From NCBI GenBank assembly GCA_030265395.1, contig JARFYF010000094.1:14867019-14931018 (forward strand): a stretch of 64,000 nucleotides of DNA. The letters run 5' to 3'. Shown in pieces: positions 55,501 through 63,178 of the stretch. Position numbers and translations under genes: made by a program. Under the pieces are notes generated by a model that worked only from the letters and a program-made list of their open reading frames with translations, was not told the origin of the DNA and did no database searches. Source of the DNA: Rhina ancylostomus (taxonomy: Eukaryota). The stretch's first letter is position 1. Every line of letters starts with the position of its first letter.

Positions 55501-58500
55501 CTTCAGGAGTGGGCAGCCAGGAATTCTGCTCGGATCAATTTTCACCAGGGGAGCATGATTCCTGGAATTTCAGATGTTTCATGTTTTAAGAACAACAAAA
55601 AGAGGAATTACTTTTCACCTCTTTACTCCAAAGATTTGCTAACAAATACTGATGGTGAGTTATGNNNNNNNNNNNNTAGAGGTGAAAGACCCGTAATTGA
55701 TGAACATAATAGGCACCAGTGATTAATGAGGACTTCTGGCACAAGATAAAAATTCTCAAGGACCTTGTTGCTGGCTGGATGTTTTCATGAAGGCAATGAA
55801 ACTACTTCCACATTCATAATTATGTGGGCAATGAAACTGCTTACCACATTCTCTGAAATAAATCCTGCAACATTTAAAACTCATTTATATTGTGACCGGC
55901 AGACCTTTCAAATACTGTAAATACAGCTATCAGGATTGATGTAAATGCTTCAGTAATTACAAACTAATGATCAAAATGCACACAGACATAATGGGCAGTC
56001 ACGTCAGCCGGTGGAATCTTCCCGTTACGTGAACGTGATTCTGATTAGATTCCAAGTTCAAACATACACACAGTCCAAATGAATCAGTCACCCACACTAA
56101 TCCTCTTTCAGCAAAATATATCAAAGTACAATATGTGAAATAGTTTACCTTTTGTTATATTCTGCACTACACTATAGAAATTCTTTCTTAATATAATTTT
56201 ACCATTCAGGAATACTTTGAAATGTGTTAACAGTAGAAGACAGAGGTTGATCCATATCAGGAACCAGGAAGTACCATGGGAAGATTCCTGACAAGAACAG
56301 TTTCTTGGCGACAAGAAGTGCTCAGCAGATTGCATGGAAAGAAAGGTAAAATTAACATTTGCTGTTTTTACAAGAATATTTCTCTCTCTAACTTCACTTA
56401 AAATTATAAATCATGTTGTCTTAGTTTTCCTGAATTTTACACCTGAAACTTATACACAGTTGATAACATTTGTGCTGTTTACAAAAATTAACCACTGTAG
56501 AACAGCAACAAACAGCATCCTCTTTATTATAACTACTGCTTGCACTGAGTAAATTTAGGCTGCAGTTATTGCAAGTGGGCATTGAAACAACTGACCATCT
56601 TCACTAAAGTGAATCTTTAAAATTCTAAAACCCACTGATGCTGTGAACAGCCCATTTTTCAATACAGCTGTGGGGATTGATACAAATATATGAATAAATA
56701 CAAACTCAAATGCACATAGCCACAATAGGCATAGTCATGCCAGCCAGTGCAATCTTCCCATTAAGTAATCATTATTCTTATCAGATTCCAGTTATATCAC
56801 AATCACAGTCCATTAATTCTGAAAGTTGTTCTAAGTTTAAAATGACCAAAGTATGTGAGAGAGCTGGGGAGCAGTTGGGAGTAGAGGTGACAATGTGGCT
56901 GGGTGATACCTTATTGCCTTTCAAGGAAAGAATTTTCACACCAAATCACACATTAAAATATTAAATCCAAAAATCATGTACTCACCCCATTCTCATTCTT
57001 GATTGGTAAACTGATAATTATGTTCATTGTTGATAAATTATGTCGTTCTAACTCNNNNNNNNNNNNNNNNNNNNNNNNNNCCATAATAAAATGTGACCTA
57101 AAGATACCAAGTGCTAGAATTACAGCAGTCACAAATTTACCTGCATGGTTTGTTTCCTCCTTCTGAGACATAATTGAAAATAACCGTTTTAAATAGCCCA
57201 AAACACCAATAAAATATTTCAAATTAGCACTAAAATAAAACCCCAATTTTTTTAAACAGTTCTAGAATGTTCTTACATTCTTGTTTTTTTTTTGCTCTGT
57301 GTCGTTATTGTATTCACTTCTTCAGTTAAGAATATAAGTGTTTTGCCAGTGTAAACAGTCTTAGAACACTGAAATGGAGAAACAAGAGACTGCAGATGCT
57401 GGAATCTGGAGCAACAAACAATCTGCTGGAGGAAGTCAGCAGGTCGAGCAGCATCTGTGGGGGGAAAGGAATTGTCGACATTTCATGTCGAAACCCTACA
57501 TCAGGACCCTTTCAGTTAGAACACTGTGAATTATTGCTATTAAATCATGCACACAGCTATTTGCTTCATTAGATTACATCAAATTACTGTAAATGATTTT
57601 ATATTTCATTGAACAATGAATGCAAATTCTTAGTCCGAAGGAAAATTTTATTATGCACATTGAAACTATAATGCAATGCCTAAATTACACTCTCTCTAAT
57701 GCTTAAAATGTCTTACTCACTAATCTAGAAATTTCAGCAACAAATGGTAAGTGGCTTTGCCAGGATAATTTGATTTTAAATGTGTGAATGGGTCTGTGAA
57801 AGTTAGAGAGTTGCATTAGGGCGAAAGCTATGTAGATACTCATGTCAATTACATGGTTGCATGAACAGACCTATTCCTTTTAGAACAGTTAATCGTTTGT
57901 TTGAAACATGTCTTTATGCACTGGCATAGTCACTTTGCCAACAGAATACAGTACGTTAAAATGTTTAATCTAATTCATTCATTCAGATATCAGCATTGGT
58001 TTGAGAAGTGAGAACTTATAAGTTGTTAACTGAATCTTTGTTGATAATTCCAGTTGCCATAACTACCTGGTAAATGAAGTTCTGAATTAGTGTCATTTAT
58101 GTGGATGGACAGCAAAGCAGGTTTATTGTAAAAATATTGGTTGGATTAACAATTTAATTGCCAGTTTTATTCAACCAGTAACACACATTGCTATATCCTA
58201 TGTGTTTGAGCCACATTTAGGTATTTTCCTAATTAGTTTTTATTCTAATATGTTTAGTTTGAAATTTTCCTACTATTTTTGATTCGAATGCAACATTAAA
58301 ATCAAGTGTTTATCTTCATCTCTACTCTACGTGAAAAGAGCAAGTCTTTGTCAAGCTGGTGCTCTGGCAGTAGACGTGCATTAAGTTAGGTTTGGTCCAG
58401 CACAGTTCTGCAGTACCTGTGGCATCCCAGTGCCCATCATCCTTAATGCTAGGGGTGGAGAGAGAAATTAGGTAGATATTAGCAGTAAGTAGCATTTGAG

Positions 58501-61500
58501 ATCCCAGTAGCAGCTGCGTCAATGAAAATTTCTATCCAACAAACAGAGCTGCACTGAAATAGACCACTGTTTACACAGAGTATTGACGTAAGTATCTATT
58601 GAAACAAACCATTGACATTGTTGACTGTTGACATATTTGTTACTGAGAGTAGAGCTGTACTGCAGACTGTTACCTTGGAAGCATCACCTAAAGTGAAGGG
58701 CAGAGCTGCTATAATGGAAGGAATGGAAAAAGGATTAAGCAAATGGCTAGAAGGTCAGAATAAATGGCCTGGGATGATGACCCAGGAAAAAGATCATTAT
58801 TGCAAGAATTGAAAGAATTTGAAGGGCTGATGGGTCTCCCAAAGTGCCAATACATTCAAGTCTAGCCATAGCTGATTTGAATATTTCATAAAGTGCGCAA
58901 ACATGCATAATATTCATCCTGTGGGAGAAGGCAGCAGTACAGATACTGTGACAGATCTTCTAAAGGAGTTGAAATGAATCATTGAAGGAGTTTAATATGA
59001 ATGAGATAGAACATGGAACAGTACAGCACAAAACAGGAATAGGGCCTTTGGCCCATGATGTCTACACTAAACATGATGCCAAATTAAACTAAATCTCTTC
59101 TGCCTGCATGTAATCCATATCCCCCCATTCCCTGCATATTTAAGTGTCTATTGAAAAGAGATCATTGAAATCTGGAACATCAACAGACCAATGGGAATGC
59201 CTTCTGGATTTTAAGTTTTTACTTAAACAAATGTTTTCCTGGAAAATAATCCTTTCATAAATCATGGAATACCTGTATTCTTCACTCAGGATGGTGAGCA
59301 AAAGCCTTCCACCATCATAAAAGAAAGACTTAAAAATACACAAAATGAGAAATACTATCCATATGTTAAAATGAGCAGAAGCAAATACCACAAATTATTT
59401 CTCCAAATCACGTCGCACCATTGCTCGGAAATTGAATTTAGGTGCGATAAAATATCACTGCATACAATGATAGTGCCAGTTTGTAGCCCCTAAAACAAAC
59501 CTCTAAATTGGACTTAAAGTTCTTTGAAAGAGGTAGCAAATTTCTTGCTGCATGTTGGTTGCATGCTGCATTTCTTGTTGCATGAAAGGTTTGCAACTGT
59601 TGAATTATTCTTATACTGTTCAATGGGAAGAACTTCAGATCTTAAAGGACCTCTCTTCATGCCAGCCACTTTAAGATGCTGCCATGGAGAGGAGGGAAAA
59701 CATGAGGGGTATGAAATATCACAAATTTTGATGTGCATGAGCAGTTCCCATGATTATCAAATGGTCCCACATCACCACAAGCTGCTGGATGATCAGTAAG
59801 GCAGGAATCACTGTACTGACTGCAGAGATTGCACTGAGGTACATACAATCAAAAGGTTGGAATCATTGATGACCCAAATACTTTTCTCACTGCAAAATGA
59901 GGCTGGCAGATCTATGCACAACATTAGAATAAAAACCTTTAATTCATCCCTCATTGGTGATCTTCATCAAGTTTTTTTCCTTTTTTATTGCAAATTTCAT
60001 TCAACAGTCTTTCTTTTGACATGGGAGGTACAATTTTGGTTGATTGGGCGGGTGTGGTGGTGTAGGATTCAGAACATGTAATGTTATTTCATGGATATCT
60101 GATGATAAATAAAAGAAATATGCATTCCAATTTTGCAACAGTTATAATTTCACATGGAAATGATTGTTGGTGGGATATACTCAGATAAAGTGTGTGCTTT
60201 GCTAGCTTACTGATAAAAGATCATTTCCTCCAATGGATTAACATGCAATAAGATGTGTTGCATGGAACTAAACCATAGATCAGATGCTCTCAGTTCCTGG
60301 TCTGTGCTAATTTACCTGATCCCGTAATTTGGACATTTAAAATACCTTCAACCTGATTTGTAGATCAATCACTCATTGGATGAAGATGCTAAGCTGTTAA
60401 GAAAAGCAAGGGAATTTTAAAGTGAAATAAAATGGCAATTTTTGCAAAGGTGTCTTACTTTACTATCATTGGTAGATAATCTTCTCGTTCCCAAGATTCT
60501 ATTTCAGCCCTATCCATGTTGTCTATCGCTGCTTTTGAAGGCACGAGAACAGTCACATTAGCTCCTGCAGGGATTTCCACTCTTTCCTCGGATTTCTATT
60601 TCAGAAAGAAAATGGCAAGTAACTCAGCCTACATCATCTAATCCACAAAATTTACTCCAAGAACAAAGGTCAATTCCTACACTTTGACCTTTACTGAGAT
60701 ACTTCTCACCTTCTCATGTTTGGGCTCAATGACCTTTCCCATTAATGAGCCTTAGTTTCTTATGGACTGAAATATAATTTTACCCAGTGCAACCCTGTGC
60801 TCAAACTAAAAGCCTTGTGCTGTATTTAATATATAGGACATGTCACTTGCTTTCCAGTAACTTCTTGGAAACATTAGGAAAAGAAATTCAATCGAGGCTT
60901 GGTTTATTACAAGTAAGAGATCAGCAACAGCAATAGGCACGGTGGCAAACAAGGTAACAGATTATCTGTAACTAAATGCTGAGGATTACCAAGACTATGT
61001 CAGCCTTTGAGAATTTTCTCATGAATCGTAGGTCTAAAGAACATTACATAATTTATTCTAGTAAATGAAAATAAAGTATCAGGTATTCAAAAATGCACAC
61101 AGAAGTAGGTGGGGATGGCTTCAGGTTTGCCTAAGGCATCCATTGAAATTAACACTTAGGGTTATTGGATTTGCTCAACAGAATGGGACTGGGATCCATC
61201 CAGCTCACCTTCAGTAGTTTGGTGGTCACCTGATCCACATGTCTATCATAGGATCACAGAATTATTATGGAAGAGGAGGCTATTCAGCCAATCTGATTTA
61301 TACCTGCACCTAAACGAGCATCTATTCCTCCACATTTTCCTCACAGCCCTACGAATGCCTCTCCTTCAAACGCATATCCAATTCTCTTTTGAAAGCCCTG
61401 ACTCATTCTCTTTCTACCATTCTCATGGGCAGCAAGTTACAGATTATAACTACTTTCTGAATAAAAATGTTCTCGCTCACATCTCCTTTGCATCTTATAT

Positions 61501-63178
61501 CCCAAATTTTAAATCTCTGCCACCAGACACTGAATAATGCAAAAATGGGAACAACTTCCTTCTAAACCAGAGGAAGGAAGTTGTTGTGTATTTTTATATT
61601 TATACATTTTTTTGTTACCAAACCTTTTCCCTTTTTCATGGAACTATCCCAACAAATCTCTTCTGAACCATAACAAGGCCATTGACATTCTTTCTCAAGT
61701 TAGGTGAGCAGAATTGAGTCAATGCTCAGCTGGTGCTCAACCAGGATTTTATACAGGTTCAACAAAACTTCCCTGATTTTGTACTCAATATATATGAATC
61801 CCTGGATTGCACATTCTTTACTAACCACTTTCTTAGCATGCCCTGCCACATTTGCGCACATATACACTCAGGTCTCTCTTTTCCTATACACCCTTTAGAT
61901 TTGTGCCATTTAGCCCATATTGCCTTTCATTCTTTCTGCTAAAGTGCATCATTTCACAGTTCTCTGTGTTAAATTTCATCTGCCAGTGGAGTCATTGGTT
62001 CACCATGGCAATCAATCTCTAACAATTATTCTACAGGGTCTATCAGGACAAAAAAATAACAGTGGTCCTCCTAAGCAATCGCGCTTCCTGGATTGTAGGC
62101 AAATACAATGCCTGGTTTGAAGGGCTGATAGTTATGTATGCAGCTACATGAAATGCAGCAGGTTCAACATAAGTCGATTTGTCTCCTGCTTACTAGGACT
62201 TGATGGACTCAGAGAAATGCAGATGGCTAAACATGACGACTGTAAATGTATTCATAAATTATCATCTTGACTCGTACACAGACAACTTTATATTTGGGGG
62301 ATTCTAGGTGCTGTCAGAAATCAACTAAACCGGAGGGTGAAATTTAAACAGGATAAGCTAGTCCCAAAGAAACTTATAACAACCATGTAACTTACTTATG
62401 ACCTGTTATATGATGAAACAACCTATTCATCATGGGTTAAAGCAAAACAGCATGTTTGATGTCTTGCTATACTAGTGACTTCAATGGAGATTGTCCTTCT
62501 GCTCCATCAAGATTTAGCTTGTACTGAGAGTGGAGAGCAGAATAAAATTCAACTGCGACACGATAGGTAATAGTAGGTGGACTATCTTCTGCACACTATC
62601 TGGGCTGGGACATACAAATTTCCTCTGGCTGGCTCAGGGGGATTTGGCAAAAGGAGAGGAATGAATGAAAGCAGTTCACAGATTGGAGATCCACCACAAT
62701 ATCATTTAACAACTCACAGTAAGACAGGATCTTACCAAAAGATGACAAATCACTTTAATACTTGAAATACATAACAAGAAGTAATGTACAAGGCAAAGGA
62801 TTTTTAACTGTGAAGCCATACAGATTTTTAAAAAATCGGTTCAAGCTGTACTTCTATTTGTAGCTTGAAATTGGTTACGTACCTGGAGCCAGCTATTAAA
62901 CCCTGAAAAGTATGCACTGGATGCCAGCTCCTTTAAAATGAATGAAGAAAAAAGTCAAAATGGCAACATAAGTAAGGACACTGAAAATATGTACAAATGA
63001 GAGACCAAAAGATTTTGAGAAACAACTGTTCCAGTCTTCAAAATGAAACACTGTAGGGTATACGTATTGCCATTCTACTTACTGTTAATATATCCCCAAA
63101 GCACATAATCCCATCTCCAGCATAGCCTTGAGGGCAGGTACACTTCCGGTTTCCATTCTCAGTGTGTTTACATTCAGC
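921..63178 (-). CDS. STAB1: Stabilin-1-like scavenger receptor, partial gene (34 internal exons; both ends lie outside the window)
   Basis: 34 exons with AG/GT (one GC) boundaries and compatible phases give one open frame of EGF/laminin-EGF and FAS1 domains. From recall, [40 protein letters not shown] and the long non-EGF insert (exon 7513-7750) fit STAB1 rather than STAB2. Confirm by BLASTP or phylogeny. Confidence 0.88.
1785..1898 (-). CDS. STAB1: Stabilin exon, 3' part only (5' part in N gap): [38 protein letters not shown]
   Basis: Open EGF frame from the gap edge (N 1899-2051) to the phase-0 donor GTAGGT. Confidence 0.9.
2381..2488 (-). CDS. STAB1: Stabilin exon, EGF: (D)[35 protein letters not shown]
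   Basis: aactag| 108 bp |GTAAAG, phase 1-1; an in-phase CAG 6 nt further in is a possible alternative acceptor. Confidence 0.92.
2745..2922 (+). mobile_element. LINE 3' UTR fragment (L2/Rex-like tail)
   Basis: Ends in ...GTACAAGTGACAATAATAAACCAATACCAA, a typical non-LTR 3' terminus. Confidence 0.55.
2935..3545 (+). mobile_element. Degenerate CR1/L2-clade LINE RT fragment
   Basis: GGCAGCATCTGACCAAGT...TGGTTGGAGTCTTACCTAG...CAGCCCCAGGACATT; collinear with 46100-46980. Confidence 0.6.
4198..4302 (-). CDS. STAB1: Stabilin exon, EGF: (K)[34 protein letters not shown]
   Basis: atgcag| 105 bp |GCAAGT (GC donor needed for phase 1). Confidence 0.9.
4721..4870 (-). CDS. STAB1: Stabilin exon, laminin-type EGF: (E)[49 protein letters not shown]
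   Basis: ttttag| 150 bp |GTATGT, phase 1-1. Confidence 0.95.
5785..6470 (-). mobile_element. Degenerate CR1 LINE 3' region
   Basis: Minus-strand ORF remnant [27 protein letters not shown] is a CR1 ORF2 C-terminal motif. Confidence 0.7.
7513..7750 (-). CDS. STAB1: Stabilin exon: [79 protein letters not shown]
   Basis: ttgaag| 238 bp |GTAATC, phase 0-1; acceptor chosen to match the upstream phase 0 donor. Confidence 0.85.
7925..8790 (-). mobile_element. Degenerate CR1 LINE 3' region with a nested fold-back element
   Basis: CR1 3'-end features on the minus strand; insert at ~8354-8580 is flanked by duplicated CACCAGTCTGGTGAA. Confidence 0.65.
8354..8581. mobile_element. Fold-back (inverted-repeat) Penelope-derived element
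   Basis: Arms ACACACAGGATGCTGGAGGAACTC..GTCAGGCAGCATC and GATGCTGCCTGACCC..GAGATCCTCCAGCATCTTGTGTGT; 15-bp direct repeat at 8340-8354 and 8582-8596. Confidence 0.7.
9186..9242 (-). CDS. STAB1: Stabilin exon: [19 protein letters not shown]
   Basis: gtttag| 57 bp |GTAAGA. Confidence 0.92.
11183..11329 (-). CDS. STAB1: Stabilin exon: [49 protein letters not shown]
   Basis: atttag| 147 bp |GTAAGT. Confidence 0.95.
12895..13135. mobile_element. Degenerate fold-back element, same family
   Basis: GAAATATTCAGCAAGTCAGG ... CTGCCAGACTTGCTAAACATTTCCAGCATT. Confidence 0.55.
13232..13955 (+). mobile_element. CR1 (HER1-like) LINE 3' fragment spanning an N gap
   Basis: [52 protein letters not shown]...[11 protein letters not shown]; 3' tail GGGTCGAAGGGCCTG. 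Confidence 0.9.
14315..14890 (+). mobile_element. CR1 LINE 3' fragment
   Basis: [32 protein letters not shown]; tail GAAGGGCCTGTTCCCATGCTG. Confidence 0.9.
15126..15212 (-). CDS. STAB1: Stabilin exon, FAS1: [29 protein letters not shown]
   Basis: ctacag| 87 bp |GTAAGT. Confidence 0.92.
15503..15660 (-). mobile_element. V-SINE subfamily 3' portion
   Basis: Near-identical to 22325-22440 and to the reverse complement of 51964-52040; its end (GTACATCTTTG) matches the SINE body near 30550. Confidence 0.7.
18957..19133 (-). CDS. STAB1: Stabilin exon, FAS1: [59 protein letters not shown]
   Basis: tctcag| 177 bp |GTATTT. Confidence 0.95.
19793..19992. mobile_element. Fold-back element, same family
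   Basis: AAAAACAGAAAATGTTGGAAATGCTCAGCAGG..GCAGTATCTG and CAGATGCTGCCTGTCC..CCAGCATTTTCTGTTTTT. Confidence 0.65.
21599..21658 (-). CDS. STAB1: Stabilin exon: [20 protein letters not shown]
   Basis: ttgcag| 60 bp |GTAAGA; GYKIFS motif. Confidence 0.92.
22325..22440 (-). mobile_element. V-SINE subfamily 3' portion
   Basis: Shares GTGTTCTGGGGG(C/T)AGCCCGCAAGT..CGCCA.GCTTCCGGC.CCAACA with 15575-15622. Confidence 0.7.
23495..23850. mobile_element. Cluster of fold-back family fragments
   Basis: CAGATGCTGCCTGACTTGCTGAG...GCATTTTCTGTTTTTATTTCAGATTTCCAGC plus the opposite arm at ~23680-23750. Confidence 0.55.
23940..24077 (-). CDS. STAB1: Stabilin exon, FAS1 H2: [46 protein letters not shown]
   Basis: aaatag| 138 bp |GTAGGT. 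Confidence 0.93.
25340..26568. repeat. Degenerate ~31-32 bp minisatellite (consensus ~GGATATCCTGTAGTACAGACACACATCCTGTG)
   Basis: GATATCC-like anchors at 25756, 25787, ~25819, 25851, ~25883, ~25915 and onward. Confidence 0.9.
25408..25628. repeat. (CA)n microsatellite interrupted by an N gap
   Basis: Directly visible. Confidence 0.97.
26569..26715 (-). CDS. STAB1: Stabilin exon, FAS1: [49 protein letters not shown]
   Basis: caacag| 147 bp |GTATGT; LLRYHIVGC motif. Confidence 0.95.
28117..28197 (-). CDS. STAB1: Stabilin exon, FAS1 H1: [27 protein letters not shown]
   Basis: ttatag| 81 bp |GTAGCT; GPFTVFVP motif. Confidence 0.93.
28301..28348 (-). CDS. STAB1: Stabilin exon, FAS1 start: [16 protein letters not shown]
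   Basis: tgacag| 48 bp |GTAGCA; same size and position in the module as exon 62883-62930. Confidence 0.85.
29629..29748 (-). CDS. STAB1: Stabilin exon, EGF: [40 protein letters not shown]
   Basis: ctgaag| 120 bp |GTAGTA. Confidence 0.92.
29871..29945 (-). CDS. STAB1: Stabilin exon, EGF: [25 protein letters not shown]
   Basis: ttttag| 75 bp |GTTAGG. Confidence 0.93.
30362..30435 (-). CDS. STAB1: Stabilin exon, EGF: (E)[24 protein letters not shown]
   Basis: tctcag| 74 bp |GTAAGG, phase 1-0. Confidence 0.94.
30468..30709 (-). mobile_element. Full-length tRNA-derived V-SINE (HE1-like)
   Basis: Minus strand has GGCGGCACGGTAGCATAGCGG (A box), GGTTCGATTCC (B box), V-domain GGGTTTCCTCCGGGTGCTCTGGTTTCCTCCCACATTCCAAAGA and a CR1-type tail GGAAGGGCCTGT. 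Confidence 0.9.
30900..31800 (+). mobile_element. Degenerate RTE-clade LINE RT fragment
   Basis: [36 protein letters not shown] resembles RTE RT 'KKGDxxDCxNYRGISLLS'. Confidence 0.8.
32201..32326 (-). CDS. STAB1: Stabilin exon, EGF: (E)[41 protein letters not shown]
   Basis: ttacag| 126 bp |GTGAGG, phase 1-1. Confidence 0.95.
   Translation of the reverse strand, partial: KSIPVRLKMAAVQSIPTAPKFLQEREHVPVGTVTSGMDSSV
32500..33300 (-). mobile_element. Highly decayed LINE-like fragment
   Basis: Scattered RT-like residues ([16 protein letters not shown]) in ORF 32391-32912; weak. Confidence 0.35.
33673..33752 (-). CDS. STAB1: Stabilin exon, EGF: [26 protein letters not shown]
   Basis: ttttag| 80 bp |GTATGA, phase 2-1. 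Confidence 0.92.
34156..34201 (-). CDS. STAB1: Stabilin exon: (E)[14 protein letters not shown](N)
   Basis: tttcag| 46 bp |GTGAGT, phase 1-2. Confidence 0.9.
35289..35384 (-). CDS. STAB1: Stabilin exon, EGF: (E)[31 protein letters not shown]
   Basis: gtttag| 96 bp |GTAAGT, phase 1-1. Confidence 0.95.
35698..36052 (+). mobile_element. CR1 LINE 3' end
   Basis: [18 protein letters not shown]...[12 protein letters not shown]...VGAWNRLP; tail GGCTGAAGGGCCTGTTCCTGTGCTGTACTGTTCTATG. Confidence 0.9.
36538..36733 (-). CDS. STAB1: Stabilin exon, laminin-type EGF: [65 protein letters not shown]
   Basis: ttttag| 196 bp |GTATGG, phase 0-1. Confidence 0.95.
36800..37350 (+). mobile_element. RTE-clade LINE 3' end
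   Basis: C-terminal CCHH-like [20 protein letters not shown] followed by the GGAGTGGAAG...GGGACAGCCTCAGAAGAGG tail. Confidence 0.75.
38170..38277 (-). CDS. STAB1: Stabilin exon: [36 protein letters not shown]
   Basis: gcttag| 108 bp |GTAAGT; C..GC...C pattern of the stabilin Cys-rich linker. Confidence 0.88.
38985..39830 (+). mobile_element. Two decayed fragments of the CR1/L2-clade LINE family
   Basis: CCAAGCCATTCCAGCAGAGCTACAGCATTGGCATCTACCC...CAAGACAGCATTTAAC; collinear with 45800-46230. Confidence 0.6.
40278..41040 (+). mobile_element. Two CR1 3' fragments
   Basis: CCTTACCTAA..TTGCTGTGGAGGGAGTGCAG repeated at ~40280 and ~40872; TTGAAATGTATAAAAT-type motif in both. Confidence 0.7.
41661..41717 (-). 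CDS. STAB1: Stabilin exon: [19 protein letters not shown]
   Basis: tttaag| 57 bp |GTAAGT. Confidence 0.9.
43204..43332 (-). CDS. STAB1: Stabilin exon: [43 protein letters not shown]
   Basis: ttccag| 129 bp |GTATGT, phase 0-0. Confidence 0.92.
43640..44820 (+). mobile_element. Degenerate CR1 LINE, RT to 3' end
   Basis: LDF..(F)..MPH.RL..KIKAH; [16 protein letters not shown]; VQRVIRKAN. Confidence 0.85.
44991..45320. mobile_element. Fold-back Penelope-derived element with a hammerhead-like core
   Basis: ~55-bp inverted arms at 44991-45045 and 45230-45284. Confidence 0.75.
45052..45085 (-). ncRNA. Minimal type I hammerhead-ribozyme-like motif
   Basis: Minus strand GUC-CUGAAGA-A-GGGU(UCUG)ACCC-GAAAC-GUU-GAC. 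Confidence 0.55.
45400..47335 (+). mobile_element. Long degenerate CR1/L2-clade LINE, RT to 3' end
   Basis: [10 protein letters not shown]...LKACSRT; GTGACTAAACTTGACATCAAAGCAGCATTTGA (LDIKAAFD); 3' tail CTGGCCTTGGCAATGATGCCCAC. Confidence 0.8.
48878..48997 (-). CDS. STAB1: Stabilin exon, FAS1: [40 protein letters not shown]
   Basis: taacag| 120 bp |GTATGG; YH motif. Confidence 0.92.
49190..49860. mobile_element. Large fold-back Penelope-derived element with central (CT)n
   Basis: Arms ~49225-49410 and 49688-49857 are reverse complements; inner arms ~49415-49480 and 49590-49660. Confidence 0.8.
50305..50412 (-). CDS. STAB1: Stabilin exon, FAS1: [36 protein letters not shown]
   Basis: ttttag| 108 bp |GTATGT; YTILIP H1 motif. 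Confidence 0.92.
51005..51510 (-). mobile_element. CR1 3' fragment
   Basis: AGAACACAAGAAAATAGTAGGAGTAGGCCACTTGGCCC...TTCAATAAGATCACCCCTGATTCTTCTAAACTCCA. Confidence 0.75.
51752..52170 (-). mobile_element. CR1 3' fragment with a nested SINE tail (51964-52040, + strand)
   Basis: [27 protein letters not shown] on the minus strand; insert flanked by ATTCC duplicates. Confidence 0.8.
52443..52544 (-). CDS. STAB1: Stabilin exon: [34 protein letters not shown]
   Basis: atgtag| 102 bp |GTAAGT, phase 0-0. Confidence 0.92.
54525..54602 (-). CDS. STAB1: Stabilin exon, FAS1 H2: [26 protein letters not shown]
   Basis: ttttag| 78 bp |GTACAC; NGxIHVID FAS1 motif. Confidence 0.94.
56986..57097 (-). CDS. 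STAB1: Stabilin exon, FAS1: (K)SHFIM-[26 N][23 protein letters not shown]
   Basis: ctttag| 112 bp |GTGAGT, phase 2-0; frame is kept across the N run at 57055-57080. Confidence 0.82.
57376..57510 (-). mobile_element. Single arm of the fold-back family
   Basis: Near-identical to 49190-49321 (GACTGCAGATGCTGGAATCTGGAGCA.CAAACAAT..GCTGGA). Confidence 0.8.
59003..59160 (-). mobile_element. CR1 3' tail
   Basis: Reverse complement of the 35900-36050 tail (ATGCCAAATTAAACTAAATCTCTTCTGCCTG). Confidence 0.8.
60459..60595 (-). CDS. STAB1: Stabilin exon, FAS1: [45 protein letters not shown](K)
   Basis: aaatag| 137 bp |GTAAGA, phase 0-2; FAS1 H1-type TVLVPS motif. Confidence 0.92.
61245..62000 (-). mobile_element. 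Degenerate CR1 fragment
   Basis: CR1-like 3' end and TTAAATTTCATCTGCCA (minus strand WQMKFN). Confidence 0.6.
62883..62930 (-). CDS. STAB1: Stabilin exon, FAS1 start: [16 protein letters not shown]
   Basis: ttaaag| 48 bp |GTACGT, phase 0-0. Confidence 0.88.
63083..63178 (-). CDS. STAB1: Stabilin exon, EGF: [32 protein letters not shown]
   Basis: ctatag| 96 bp |GTAAGT, phase 0-0. Confidence 0.93.

Noticed and set aside
56149-56214. Exon-like segment ([22 protein letters not shown]) with AG/GT ends
   Set aside because: Open only as phase 1-1, while the host intron is phase 0 (in-frame TGA). The FAS1 domain is complete without it.
57098-57246. In-frame upstream extension of exon 56986-57097
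   Set aside because: The upstream donor is phase 2 and joins cleanly at 57097, so the extension is intronic
921-63178. Assignment as STAB2
   Set aside because: Recalled diagnostic motifs and the linker insert fit STAB1 better; not fully excluded without phylogeny or synteny
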